Positions 8,990-19,655 of a stretch of 64,000 nucleotides of DNA are shown piece by piece. The notes below the pieces were generated by a model that worked only from the letters and a program-made list of their open reading frames with translations, had not been told where the DNA came from and made no database searches. The position numbers and the translations under genes are program-made. The stretch is from Actinomycetota bacterium (GTDB lineage: Bacteria > Actinomycetota > Actinomycetes > Actinomycetales > Microbacteriaceae). The stretch's first letter is position 1. The number at the start of each line of letters is the position of its first letter. The stretch is from positions 9,745 through 73,744 of the forward strand of contig JAUZFR010000111.1 of assembly GCA_030840335.1 (NCBI GenBank). Reading direction: 5' to 3'.

Positions 8990-11900
8990 ATGTTTAAGCA
9001 GTGGTTCGCCGCTCACCGATCACTTGTCGTAACCGCGACGAGCGGTACCGTCGTTGCCGCAGTGGTTGCGGCCGTCGCAGTCGTTTCGACGGGCTACACC
9101 GCCCAGAGGCTCGATCTCAACGATTCATCGGTATGGGTGGCGAACGGCCTTCAGCAGTCGATCGGTCGCGCTAACACCACCGTGCACGAGCTGAACACGG
9201 TCGTCTCGACGACGGGCACAGACGTCGATGTGCTGCAGAACAGCTCGACCGTACTGCTCGTGGACAACACCGAGAGCAAGCTCGAGATGGTCGACCCCGC
9301 AACTTCGACAGTGACCCAGAGCGTTCCGCTTCCTCCGAATCAGCCGCAGGTGTTCCTCTCCGACGAGAACGTCATCATTCTCGCGCGGTCGACGGGCCAG
9401 GTGTGGATCACTCCGATCGCCGACCTCTCCGCGTTCGACTCACAGGCGCCCTCCGATCTGAACCTCGGAGCCGGCGTCGTGGCGAGCATGGATGAAACCG
9501 GAACGATGTACGCCTACTCGCCGACCGCAAAGGTGGTGGACCGCATACTTCCTGATGTCTCGGATGTTGTGCAGTCCACCCAAAAGCTGGCACTCACGAG
9601 CTCTGACGACTTCTCAATCACCTCTGTGGCGAACTCCTGGGCGATTCTCGACGCGACGACCCACAAGGTCTACGTGAACGGGGCGAGCGTGGATCTCGCG
9701 GGAACCGCCGCCGCCGACGGCGCGGTTCTGCAGTCCGCCAGCGCGAGCGGCGATCGCATTCTCGTCGCAGGCACCGCGGGACTCATCGGAATCTCGCTCG
9801 ACGGATCGAGCACGACGACCGAGGTGACCGGGCAGACCGGGACCGCTTCAGCTCCCCTGGTCGCCGCCGGCTGCGAATTCGCCGCGTGGTCGAACGCCCA
9901 GGCGTGGCGCAAATGCGGCACGGCCAACCCCGTTTCACTCACACTCGGCGCAATGACGACGAACGCGAAGCTCGCGCTGCGCTGGAACGGCAATCGCGTC
10001 GTGTTGAACGACTCGCGGTCCGGAGCGACCTGGGCGGTTCAGGGCCAGGGCGAACTGATCAACAACTGGGACGACCTGATTGCGCCCAAAGACCAGCACC
10101 AGCAGTCCACCCAGCGCCCGGAAGACACTCCGCCGGAGGTCGAGAAGCAGCAACTGCCGCCCGTCGCCCAGCCCGACGATCTCGGTGCCCGCCCCGGTCG
10201 CACCAGCGTGCTGCCCGTGCTTCTCAACGACTACGACCCGAACGGCGACGTTCTCGCGATCACCGATGTCACTTCGATCAACGCCGAGCAGGGACACCTC
10301 GACCTGATCAATGATCGCCAACAGCTTCAGCTGACCCTCACCAGTACGGCATCCGGCACGATCTCATTCCACTACACGATCAGCGACGGCCGGGGCGGCA
10401 CCGCCTCGGCGGCAGTGACGGTGGCGGTGCGCACGCCGGGAGAGAATTCGGCGCCAAAGCAGGTGCGCACGAGTAAGACGATCGTGGTCCAGGGCGGTCG
10501 CGTCACGACCCAGGTGCTGAGCGACTGGATCGACCCCGATGGGGATCCGTTCTACCTCACCTCCGCGACGGCCGCCGACCCCGACTCCGTGAGCTACAAG
10601 CCCGAAGGCACCGTGGTCTACTCGGATGCGGGCAAGGGCGGCGGCGGGCTGAAGACGGTCGCGCTCGAGGTGTCGGACGGCAAGGCAACCGGCACCGGCA
10701 GCCTCGCGGTCACGGTGAAGCCGGCAGGCAAGGTGCCGATCATCGCGGATCCGTTCATCGTGATAGCGACAGCGGGCCAGGAGCTCACCGTCAGCCCGCT
10801 CGATCACGTTCGCGGCGGAACGGGAGCTTTGCGCCTCAACAGTGTGCCGTCCAAAACGGGCGTCACGATCACCCCGAGCTACGAATCGGGCACTTTCCGC
10901 TTCGAGAGTACGCAGATCAGCACGCACTATCTCGACTACGTCGTCACCGACGGGAACCTGTCGGTCACCGGCGTCGTTCGCGTCGATGTCATGGCGCCAC
11001 CCGACCCGAGCAGCAAACCGATCACCATCCCCAAGACGGTTTTCGTTCGATCTCTGAGTTCGGCCGAAGTCGATGTCGCCGATTCCGACATCGATCCTTC
11101 CGGCGGAGTCCTGCTGGTGACAGGCATCCAGAATCTCGAGGAGACGACGGGGGTCACGGCGGAGATTCTCGAACAACGAGTGGTGCGGGTCACGCTCGGT
11201 AAACCGCTCGAGGCTCCGGTGAGTTTCAACTATCGGGTGAGCAACGGACTCGCGGATGCGCAAGGCATCATCACGGTCGTCGAAATTCCGACACCGGTGC
11301 GCCTCCAGCCACCGATCGCGAATGACGACAGCATCACGGTGCGCGTGGGCGCGGCCGTCGACATTCCCGTGCTCGCCAACGATGAAGATCCGGATGGCGA
11401 AGACCTGACGCTCAACCCCACGCTCGCGCAGAACCTGCCCGACGGCGCGGGCCTGCTCTTCGCATCCGGAAAGGTGCTGCGCTACCTCGCACCTCAGCGT
11501 CCCGGCAACTACAACGCTGTCTACGAGATCTCAGGTCCCGACGGCCAGACCGCCCGTGCGCAGCTCAAGATTGCGGTGAGAGAGGCGGATGTCGATACCA
11601 ACAACCCGCCCGTTCCGCAGACGCTCACGGCTCGCGCCCTGGCCGGGGGCACGGTCGTGATCAAGGTTCCGCTGTCTGGCATAGACCCCGACGGTGACAC
11701 GGTGCAGCTGCTCGGACAGGAGACCAATCCTGAGAAGGGCATCGTCACTGCGGTCGGTCCCAGCTCGATCACCTACACCGCCGGCGACTATTCCGCTGGC
11801 ACAGACACCTTCACTTATACGGTCATCGATGCGCTCGGAGCCCGGGCAACCGGGACCGTCCGCGTGGGAATCAGCCCGCGTCTCAGCGGCGCACCCAACC

Positions 11901-14900
11901 CCGTCGCGACGCTCGACGAGGTGACGGTCCGACCGGGAGTTACCGTGTCGGTGCAGGTGCTCGCGAACGACTCCGATCCGGATGGCAGTCCACTTCACGT
12001 CGTGTCGGCGGTGCCCAACGACAAGGACGTGAAAGCGAAGATCGTGAACGACGTCGTCACGATCAAACCGCCCATCGAACCGAAAACCTACGGCGTGGTC
12101 TATACGATCGAGAACGCAACGGGCGGAACAAGCTCGGCATTCGTCCGAGTCACGGTCGATCCGAAAGCGCCGCTGTCCTTCCCGGTCGCCAGTGACACGG
12201 TACTCACGCTGTCGGATGTTCTCGACCGCACGTCGGTGGACGTCAACGTGCTCGCCAATGTGTTCTTCGCAGATGGCAACTCGTCGGAGCTCGGGCTCTC
12301 TGTCTATCCGGGCTTTGGCAGCACCGCGCAGGTCACTCCGAGCAAGCACATTCGTGTGGACGTGACCGCGCACAGCCAGATCATCCCGTTCAAGGTCACA
12401 CACCCGGACGACCCGAATGTCTTCAGCTACGCCTTCATCTGGGTGCCAGGGACCGACGACGCGTTGCCGCAGTTGAACCGCAACGCAGGCCTGCTGACTG
12501 TGACGAGCGGCCAGCGACTCGTGATCAGCCTCAACAAATACGTGATCGCCGTGGGCGGCAAGAAGGTTCGGCTGACCGACTCCAGCTCTGTGCGCGCCAC
12601 CCACGACGACGGCACGAGCCTTGTCGTCGACTCCGGTACGCTGCAGTACACCTCGGCGCCGCACTATTTCGGCCCCGCATCCATTTCGTTCGAAGTCACG
12701 GACGGAGTGTCGGCGACCGATCCGAATGGTCGCAAATCGATCCTTGTGCTTCCGATCAAGGTGCTGCCAACCGACAACCAGCCGCCGATCTTTACCGGGG
12801 GAGTCATCGACTTCCAGCCGGGCGAGCACAAGATCATCGATCTGGTGAAGCTCACGAACTATCCGCACGTTGCGGATCTCGACCAGCTCGTCTACGACCT
12901 CGTTGCACCGCTGCCCAAGGGATTCACGACTTCACTGGATCGTGACGGACAGCACCTCTCCATCGGCGCGAATGTCGATACAACTGCGGGCACGATTGGC
13001 GAAATCAATGTCGGCGTGCGCGACACGAACTCCGTCGGCACCTCCGGGCGAATCGAACTCGTCGTTGTTCCGTCGAGCCGTCCACTCGCCGAGCCGGCGC
13101 CCGACGAGGTCAACGTCAAGCGGGGCGACACCACGACGGTCGATCCGCTCGACAACGACGAAGCGACCAACCCGTTCCCCGGCAAGCCGCTCAGGGTCGT
13201 CGCGATACGCGGTCTCGACGGCAATTCGCTGCCCGCGGGCCTTACCGTCACGCCCAACGCAACCCGCACGCGTCTGACCGTCACGACGACCAACGCCGCC
13301 GAAGCGATCGACACCAACCTGCAGTACGAAGTCGCCGATGTGACGGGCGACCCGTCCCGCTACGTCTGGGGTGCCATTCGCATCTCGGTTCAGGACAAGC
13401 CCGATCCGGTGACCAATGTTCGCATCACCGACTTCTCGGACCGGCGCGTCACCGTGGCCTGGAACAACGGGCCAGCCAACAACTCGCCGATCACGAGCTA
13501 TGCGGCCATCATGACGGATGCGACCACGGGGGCCACAGTCTCGACGACAGACTGCAGCGGCTCCCTCTGCCAGCTCACCACGCCGGGAAACGGGCCGGAT
13601 AACGCGGTGCGCGTCGCTGTTGTCGAGAAGAATGCGATTGGCACGTCGGATCCAACGAGCGCGCCATCGGCGGTGTGGTCTGACATCGTCCCAGGCGCGC
13701 CCACGGATGTCGACTCGTCGCCACTCGATCACGGTCTCAGAATTACCTGGACGAAGCCGCCCGAGTCCGGCTCGGGCAGTGACGTGACGAAGTACGTGAT
13801 CACGGTGGAGGGCACCTCGAGCGTCGAGGTCTCCGTACCCGGGGGCGATCCGGTGGGCACGCAGTACACGCGCAGCATCACGGATGCGGCCATCGACAAC
13901 GGCTCGAGCGTCGCGTACTCGGTGAGCGCCCGGAATGGCGCGCTGTCATCCCTGGCGAACTGGAACAGGGCGACCGGCACCGGGCATCCGGCCGGCCCGC
14001 CGCTGCGCCAGTCCGGGATCAGCGTGTCCATCAACCCCGACAGCGGGTCCGTTGCAACCCTGAACTGGGATGGCGACTTCTCCAGTAACGGCCGAGCGGT
14101 GAGCAACTACTACGCTTCCGTTTCGACGGGCGCGAGCTCGGTCACCTGTGGGGTCAACGGAGACGTTCCCGGGTCGCCTGACGTGCCCGACCAGAGTTCG
14201 ACCTTCCAGCACCTGTCGGGAACAGCGACCTCTACTACCTTCAATGGCCTGACGCCCAACACGACCTACACGTTCGTCGTGTACGCGTTCAACGGGATGG
14301 GCTGCACCGCGAGCGCACCGGTCGTCGCGGTCGCTCGGGTGCGCCCGGGCACGGTGACATCCATCGACGCCTCCGGACCGAGCCCGAGCGGCACGAATAC
14401 CTGGGACTTCCGGCTCAACGACTTCACGATCGCCAGCGGGTCGACGGATGCCGACGGATTTGAGTACCGGCTGTCCGGCGGAAGCGTCGAAGGCGGAGTG
14501 CACGGACCCAGCACGGCCGGTGCGTTCCTGCTTGCCGACAACGGCAGCCAGTACGGCCAGGACATCTCGGTCGAAGTGAAGGCGTGTAGACAATTCCCGG
14601 AAGGGCTGTTCTGCAGCGCGAACTGGTCGGCGCCCTTCCACCTCGGGGTTCCCGTCAGGAGCACCGATCTGGGCAGTCTCGCGTTCACGCACGATCCTTT
14701 CCAGCCCGTCGGCGCCGGCACGCCGGGCAGCTGGAGCTGGACTTCATCGCCCAACGGCGCGTATGACTCGATCACATATTCTTGCGGATCGGGCAGCCAG
14801 GACATCGCGCCGGGCGACGGCGGCACCTGTGACAACACGGACACCGGGGTACTCGTTCATGACTTCCCGGACCTGCGCATCACAATCAACGTGAATGGCA

Positions 14901-14941
14901 GCCAGTATGTGAGAACGTACGACTGGAATAACTATGACTAG
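8990..14941 (+). CDS. Giant (1983 aa) N-terminally anchored surface protein with cadherin-like/Big_9 (tandem-95) repeats and FN3 domains
   Basis: N-terminal hydrophobic anchor; repeated VLxNDxDP(D/N)G(D/E) motifs; FN3-type segments (PDPVTNVRIT...VTVAW, PGAPTDV...LRITWTKP, GLTPNTTYTFVVYAFN). Confidence 0.88.
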   Translation: MFKQWFAAHRSLVVTATSGTVVAAVVAAVAVVSTGYTAQRLDLNDSSVWVANGLQQSIGRANTTVHELNTVVSTTGTDVDVLQNSSTVLLVDNTESKLEMVDPATSTVTQSVPLPPNQPQVFLSDENVIILARSTGQVWITPIADLSAFDSQAPSDLNLGAGVVASMDETGTMYAYSPTAKVVDRILPDVSDVVQSTQKLALTSSDDFSITSVANSWAILDATTHKVYVNGASVDLAGTAAADGAVLQSASASGDRILVAGTAGLIGISLDGSSTTTEVTGQTGTASAPLVAAGCEFAAWSNAQAWRKCGTANPVSLTLGAMTTNAKLALRWNGNRVVLNDSRSGATWAVQGQGELINNWDDLIAPKDQHQQSTQRPEDTPPEVEKQQLPPVAQPDDLGARPGRTSVLPVLLNDYDPNGDVLAITDVTSINAEQGHLDLINDRQQLQLTLTSTASGTISFHYTISDGRGGTASAAVTVAVRTPGENSAPKQVRTSKTIVVQGGRVTTQVLSDWIDPDGDPFYLTSATAADPDSVSYKPEGTVVYSDAGKGGGGLKTVALEVSDGKATGTGSLAVTVKPAGKVPIIADPFIVIATAGQELTVSPLDHVRGGTGALRLNSVPSKTGVTITPSYESGTFRFESTQISTHYLDYVVTDGNLSVTGVVRVDVMAPPDPSSKPITIPKTVFVRSLSSAEVDVADSDIDPSGGVLLVTGIQNLEETTGVTAEILEQRVVRVTLGKPLEAPVSFNYRVSNGLADAQGIITVVEIPTPVRLQPPIANDDSITVRVGAAVDIPVLANDEDPDGEDLTLNPTLAQNLPDGAGLLFASGKVLRYLAPQRPGNYNAVYEISGPDGQTARAQLKIAVREADVDTNNPPVPQTLTARALAGGTVVIKVPLSGIDPDGDTVQLLGQETNPEKGIVTAVGPSSITYTAGDYSAGTDTFTYTVIDALGARATGTVRVGISPRLSGAPNPVATLDEVTVRPGVTVSVQVLANDSDPDGSPLHVVSAVPNDKDVKAKIVNDVVTIKPPIEPKTYGVVYTIENATGGTSSAFVRVTVDPKAPLSFPVASDTVLTLSDVLDRTSVDVNVLANVFFADGNSSELGLSVYPGFGSTAQVTPSKHIRVDVTAHSQIIPFKVTHPDDPNVFSYAFIWVPGTDDALPQLNRNAGLLTVTSGQRLVISLNKYVIAVGGKKVRLTDSSSVRATHDDGTSLVVDSGTLQYTSAPHYFGPASISFEVTDGVSATDPNGRKSILVLPIKVLPTDNQPPIFTGGVIDFQPGEHKIIDLVKLTNYPHVADLDQLVYDLVAPLPKGFTTSLDRDGQHLSIGANVDTTAGTIGEINVGVRDTNSVGTSGRIELVVVPSSRPLAEPAPDEVNVKRGDTTTVDPLDNDEATNPFPGKPLRVVAIRGLDGNSLPAGLTVTPNATRTRLTVTTTNAAEAIDTNLQYEVADVTGDPSRYVWGAIRISVQDKPDPVTNVRITDFSDRRVTVAWNNGPANNSPITSYAAIMTDATTGATVSTTDCSGSLCQLTTPGNGPDNAVRVAVVEKNAIGTSDPTSAPSAVWSDIVPGAPTDVDSSPLDHGLRITWTKPPESGSGSDVTKYVITVEGTSSVEVSVPGGDPVGTQYTRSITDAAIDNGSSVAYSVSARNGALSSLANWNRATGTGHPAGPPLRQSGISVSINPDSGSVATLNWDGDFSSNGRAVSNYYASVSTGASSVTCGVNGDVPGSPDVPDQSSTFQHLSGTATSTTFNGLTPNTTYTFVVYAFNGMGCTASAPVVAVARVRPGTVTSIDASGPSPSGTNTWDFRLNDFTIASGSTDADGFEYRLSGGSVEGGVHGPSTAGAFLLADNGSQYGQDISVEVKACRQFPEGLFCSANWSAPFHLGVPVRSTDLGSLAFTHDPFQPVGAGTPGSWSWTSSPNGAYDSITYSCGSGSQDIAPGDGGTCDNTDTGVLVHDFPDLRITINVNGSQYVRTYDWNNYD

Positions 14942-14950
14942 GGGACCCGC

Positions 14951-15922
14951 ATGACCATGACACCGGAGCAGGCCGCGGCGTTTTCCGAAACGTTCAACCG
15001 GCTTGTCGCGAACGTCGACCAGGTACTTCTGGGCAAGACGTTCGTTATTCGGCTCGGTTTCACCGCGTTGTTGAGCGAGGGCCACCTGCTGCTCGAAGAC
15101 TTCCCCGGAACCGGCAAGACGTCACTCGCGCGCGCCATGGCGCAGACCGTGCAGGGAACGAGCAGCCGCATCCAGTTCACGCCCGACTTGCTGCCCGGTG
15201 ACATCACCGGCGTGAGTATTTTCGATCAGCGGTCGAGTTCGTTCGAGTTCCACGCGGGCCCGATCTTCGCGAACATCGTTCTTGCCGACGAGATCAACCG
15301 AGCCAGCCCGAAGACCCAGGCCGCGCTGCTCGAGGTGATGGAAGAGGGCAGGGTCACCGTTGATGGCATCTCCCACAACGTCGATCAGCCCTTCATGGTC
15401 ATCGCCACCCAGAACCCGATTGAGCAGGCGGGAACCTACCGGCTGCCGGAGGCGCAGCTCGACCGATTCATCATGAAGGCGTCCATCGGATACCCGGACC
15501 ACGCATCCACTCTTCGGATACTCGAGGGCTCAACGGCGAAGGCGCACGAGCTCACGGTCCCGTACATTGCAACATCCGCACGTATCAGCGAACTTGCGCA
15601 GCTCGCACGCACCGTGCACGTCGACCCGTCGATCAACGACTACGTTTCGCGCCTGGTTGATTCGACCCGTTCGGCGGTCGAAGTGCGACTCGGCGTCAGC
15701 GTGCGTGGCGCACTCGCGCTCATTCGCACCGCAAAGACGCTCGCGGCCGCCAACGGCAGGCATTACGTCATCCCCGACGATGTGAAAGTGCTGGCAGAAC
15801 CCGTGCTCGCACACCGGTTGCTGCTCGACCCCGAAGCCGAGTTCGACGGTGTCACCGGCCCCAGCGTCATCGGGCAGCTGCTCATCGAGACGGCTCCGCC
15901 CAGCGATCGGCAAGCCGTGTGA
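14951..15922 (+). CDS. MoxR family AAA+ ATPase
   Basis: LLEDFPGTGKT Walker A, RIQFTPDLLPGDITG, LADEINRASPKTQAALLE, ATQNPIE, LPEAQLDRF. Confidence 0.96.
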   Translation: MTMTPEQAAAFSETFNRLVANVDQVLLGKTFVIRLGFTALLSEGHLLLEDFPGTGKTSLARAMAQTVQGTSSRIQFTPDLLPGDITGVSIFDQRSSSFEFHAGPIFANIVLADEINRASPKTQAALLEVMEEGRVTVDGISHNVDQPFMVIATQNPIEQAGTYRLPEAQLDRFIMKASIGYPDHASTLRILEGSTAKAHELTVPYIATSARISELAQLARTVHVDPSINDYVSRLVDSTRSAVEVRLGVSVRGALALIRTAKTLAAANGRHYVIPDDVKVLAEPVLAHRLLLDPEAEFDGVTGPSVIGQLLIETAPPSDRQAV

Positions 15923-17331
15923 CCGACCGAAACGATCACACCCGAGCGGGGAAGAACAAGACTCGGTCTTCCTCGACGGCCAGCCGTTCGGATTCGCAGT
16001 TCGACACCGCCACGGAGGGCCTGACAAACGCGCGCACGCGCATCGTCGGCAATCGCACCGGCTTTCTCGCGGACGCGCTCGTCGCTCTCGTGCGCACCGG
16101 GACGGCGATAGGGGACGTCCTGCGCCGCGCCGCGTCTCGGATCGGTTCGGTGGTCACTCCGCTTGGATGGACGATGGCCGCGGTCGTGCCACTCGCGTTT
16201 TTCTTCGGATACAACCTGGGTTGGATCGAACTGGTCACGGTCGGGTGGGCGGGCGTCGTCATGATCCTCATCGCGATTCTCTACCTCATCGGGCGCAACC
16301 CACTTGTCATCCAGCTGAAGGTTGCGCACTCGCGCGTCGTCGTGGGGGAAACCGCGGTGGGCCAGGTCGTGATCGACAACCCGCGTCCGCGACGCGTGCT
16401 CGGCGCGAATGTCGAAATTCCGGTTGGTGCCGGTCTCGCCGGGGTCACGATGCCAAGCCTTCGCCGCAATGGCCAGTTCTCGCACGAGTTCGCTATCCCG
16501 ACGACCAGGCGGGGCATCGTGCCGATCGGCCCCGTGCGCACAATTCGCGCCGATCCGATCGGGCTCGTCAGGCGAGAGCTGATCTGGACCGAATCGACCG
16601 AACTCTTCGTTCATCCGCGCACGATTGCGATTCCGTCCAGCAGCACGGGTTTTGTGCACGACCTCGAGGGCAATCCGACGAGGGACCTGACGAACAGCGA
16701 CGTCGCCTTTCACGCTCTGCGCGAGTACCAGCCCGGGGACGAGCGGCGATACATCCACTGGAAGTCGACCGCGAAGACGGGCACCTACATGGTGCGGCAG
16801 TTCGAGGAGACGCGGCGGAGTCACATCGTGATCGCACAGAGCCTTGCGCGCAGCGACTACGCCACCGACGACGAGTTCGAGATGGGGGTCAGCGTCACGG
16901 GCTCGCTCGGTGTGCGCGCGATCCGCGACGCCCGAAACGTGTCCGTCGTCGTCAGCGAAACAACGCCAGACTTCGCCAAGCGCAAGCTGCTCGCGGTTCG
17001 ACCCCTGTCCACGCTCACCCGAGCACGTTTGCTCGATGATCTCGCCGTGGTGGAGAGCGGCGAAACCGCGCTGACAATCACGGACGTCGCGAGGGTTGCT
17101 GCCGAGCAGGTGGCGGGCATTTCCGTCGCCTTCCTGGTCTGCGGATCCGGCGCGACCCCTTCGGAGCTGCGAGCGGCATCCACCAAGTTCGCGGCTGGCG
17201 TCGAGGTAGTCGCCATCGTGTGCGACCCGGACAGCATCCCGGGGCTGCGCAGGGTCGCGGGCCTCAGCGTGCTCACCATCGGGTACCTCGAGGACCTCCA
17301 GAAGTCGCTTGCCCGGTCGGCGGCCGCCTGA
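15919..17331 (+). CDS. DUF58 family membrane protein
   Basis: Two N-terminal TM helices; RRG...DPIGL, ALREYQPGDERRYIHWKSTAK, MVRQFEE; directly follows MoxR. Confidence 0.92.
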   Translation: MTDRNDHTRAGKNKTRSSSTASRSDSQFDTATEGLTNARTRIVGNRTGFLADALVALVRTGTAIGDVLRRAASRIGSVVTPLGWTMAAVVPLAFFFGYNLGWIELVTVGWAGVVMILIAILYLIGRNPLVIQLKVAHSRVVVGETAVGQVVIDNPRPRRVLGANVEIPVGAGLAGVTMPSLRRNGQFSHEFAIPTTRRGIVPIGPVRTIRADPIGLVRRELIWTESTELFVHPRTIAIPSSSTGFVHDLEGNPTRDLTNSDVAFHALREYQPGDERRYIHWKSTAKTGTYMVRQFEETRRSHIVIAQSLARSDYATDDEFEMGVSVTGSLGVRAIRDARNVSVVVSETTPDFAKRKLLAVRPLSTLTRARLLDDLAVVESGETALTITDVARVAAEQVAGISVAFLVCGSGATPSELRAASTKFAAGVEVVAIVCDPDSIPGLRRVAGLSVLTIGYLEDLQKSLARSAAA

Positions 17332-19643
17332 TGAGATCACGTCCGGGCTTCGGATTCATTGCCGCCAACACGATCATGCTGTGGGTGGCGACCGCCATCG
17401 CCGCCGTAGCCCTGTGGCCGATCTACCAGAGCCAACAGCTCATCCTGCTGATCGCGATCGTGACGGTAGTCGGCTCAGTGATTGCCATTCTCGGTGCGGT
17501 ATTCCGGTGGCCGGCGCCGGTCGTGCTGCTGGCCGCCGTGGCGGCATTCCTCCTGTTCGGGGTTCCGCTGGCGGTGCCGGCGAAGTCGATTGCAGGCTTC
17601 CTCCCCAGCATCGACGGACTACTCGACCTCCTGTCCGGGGTGGCGCTCGGGTGGAAACAACTGCTGACCATCTCGCTTCCCGTCGGCCAGTACGAATCCC
17701 TTCTCGTCCCCTTCTTCACGCTCATCCTCGTGCTGACTGTGGTGTCGCTCTCCTTCGCGCTTCGAAGTCGCTTCGGCGAGGTCGGCGTACTCGGCCCGGT
17801 CATCCTGTTCGTCTTCGCGATCGCCTTCGGTCCGACTTTTTCGGAGTGGCCGGTTGCACTGTCGCTTGGGCTGCTCGTTGTCACCCTGCTGTGGATCATC
17901 TGGCGGCGCTGGTCGAGGCGGCGAGCGGCGATACGGCTGCTGGCGTCGCAGGTCAGTGAGACGACCACGCCGCAGAACGAGATCCGCGCCGACAACAGGT
18001 TCGTGGGCATCCGCACAGTGCTGAGCGCGGGTGTCATCCTTGTGCTCGCCAGCGGAACTGCCGTCGCTGCCGCTGCCGCACTTCCGCCGACCGGCACGCG
18101 CGACGTCTTGCGAACCGCCGTCGTGCAGCCGTTCGAGCCTCGAAACTATGTCAGCCCCCTCTCCGGGTTCCGGAGCTACTGGCAACAGCCTGCTGTGACT
18201 TCGGTGATGATGACGGTGACCGGCCTTCCTGCAGGCGCCCGAATCCGTATCGCAACGCTCGACAGTTACGACGGCGTCGTGTACTCCGTTGGGAGCGCAG
18301 CGGTCGACAGCGCATCCGGATCCTTCACCCGCGTGCCCTACCAGTTCGACCAGACCGCGGTGAAGGGCAAGCGGGTGACCGTATCGGTCAAGGTGCAGGA
18401 CTACTCGGGCGTGTGGCTTCCGACGATCGGCAAGTTCCAGCGCGTCAACTTCACCGGTAACGACGCGACGGGACTACGTGACAGCTTCTTCTACAACGAC
18501 ACAACCGGCACGGCGGCGGTGGTCGATGGCGTGAAGTCCGGCGACGATTACACCCTCGATGCAGTGCTGCCGCAGCAGCCGAGCAGTGCGGAACTCGCGA
18601 CGGTCGATCCGGGCCCCGCGTCACTACCACCGCTCGGTGCGTTGCCCGCTGAGCTTTCGACGGCGCTCAACAGTTACGTCGCTGGCGAGGACGGGCAGGG
18701 CCAGAAACTCGTCGCGATGATCGCCGCGCTGAAGAAGATCGGCTATGTCAGCCACGGAGTCGGCGCGGACGAGCGTGCGAGTCGATCTGGTCACGCCGTC
18801 GACCGCATCAACCAGTTGTTGTCCGACCAACAGATGATCGGTGACGGCGAACAGTATTCGGTGACCGCAGCGCTCATGGCGCGCGAGCTGGGTTTTCCCG
18901 CGCGGGTCGTTCTGGGGTTTGCTCCCGATACAACCGTTGGGAACACGGTTCAGGTACATGGCAGCGACATCTCGGCATGGATTGAGGTCGACACGGCTCA
19001 GTATGGCTGGGTGACGATCGATCCGAATCCCCCCGTGCGTCCGATTCCGGCGCCGCAGCCGAAGGATCCGAACGATATTGCGCGGCCGCAGACCCAGGTG
19101 CTCCCGCCCGCGATCATCGAGGATCCGCCGGATCCGCAGAATGTGCCCGACACGCAGGAACACGATGCACCCGCGCTAAATCCCTTCCTCGTCGTGCTCT
19201 TCGCGGTGTTGCGCATCGGGGCGTGGGTAGTGCTCGCGATCCTTGTGCTGCTGTCGCCCTTCATCCTGATCGTCGCCACCAAGGCGCGGAAGCGCCGGCT
19301 GCGCCGATCGGCTCCCACCCCGCTTGACCAGATCAGCGGAGGCTGGCGCGAATTCGAGGACCGGGTTCTCGATCACGGATTCATTCCCCCCGCCGCAGCA
19401 ACGCGCAGCGAGGTTGCCGCGACCGTGGGAGGACCACAGCCCGCCGTTCTTGCTGCCGTGGCCGATCGGGCGACCTTCTCACCGGGCGCACCGGAGGAGA
19501 GTGAAGTGGATCTCGTCTGGCGGTCTGTGCGTGAACTCACTGCCTCGCTGAACTTCGGCAAGACCAGGTGGGAACGGCTCAAGGCGCGCATCTCATTGAG
19601 ATCGTTAGGTAGATACAGTGTCGGCAATCTTTTCAATCGCTAA
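17331..19643 (+). CDS. Multi-TM transglutaminase-like (TgpA-like) protein lacking catalytic Cys and His
   Basis: Start reassigned to ATG 17331 (TGATG overlap with DUF58); multiple N-terminal TMs; GDGEQYS...ARELGFPARVVLGF, DISAWIEV, GWVTIDPNP. Confidence 0.88.
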   Translation: MRSRPGFGFIAANTIMLWVATAIAAVALWPIYQSQQLILLIAIVTVVGSVIAILGAVFRWPAPVVLLAAVAAFLLFGVPLAVPAKSIAGFLPSIDGLLDLLSGVALGWKQLLTISLPVGQYESLLVPFFTLILVLTVVSLSFALRSRFGEVGVLGPVILFVFAIAFGPTFSEWPVALSLGLLVVTLLWIIWRRWSRRRAAIRLLASQVSETTTPQNEIRADNRFVGIRTVLSAGVILVLASGTAVAAAAALPPTGTRDVLRTAVVQPFEPRNYVSPLSGFRSYWQQPAVTSVMMTVTGLPAGARIRIATLDSYDGVVYSVGSAAVDSASGSFTRVPYQFDQTAVKGKRVTVSVKVQDYSGVWLPTIGKFQRVNFTGNDATGLRDSFFYNDTTGTAAVVDGVKSGDDYTLDAVLPQQPSSAELATVDPGPASLPPLGALPAELSTALNSYVAGEDGQGQKLVAMIAALKKIGYVSHGVGADERASRSGHAVDRINQLLSDQQMIGDGEQYSVTAALMARELGFPARVVLGFAPDTTVGNTVQVHGSDISAWIEVDTAQYGWVTIDPNPPVRPIPAPQPKDPNDIARPQTQVLPPAIIEDPPDPQNVPDTQEHDAPALNPFLVVLFAVLRIGAWVVLAILVLLSPFILIVATKARKRRLRRSAPTPLDQISGGWREFEDRVLDHGFIPPAAATRSEVAATVGGPQPAVLAAVADRATFSPGAPEESEVDLVWRSVRELTASLNFGKTRWERLKARISLRSLGRYSVGNLFNR

Positions 19644-19655
19644 GGGGATGGTGTC

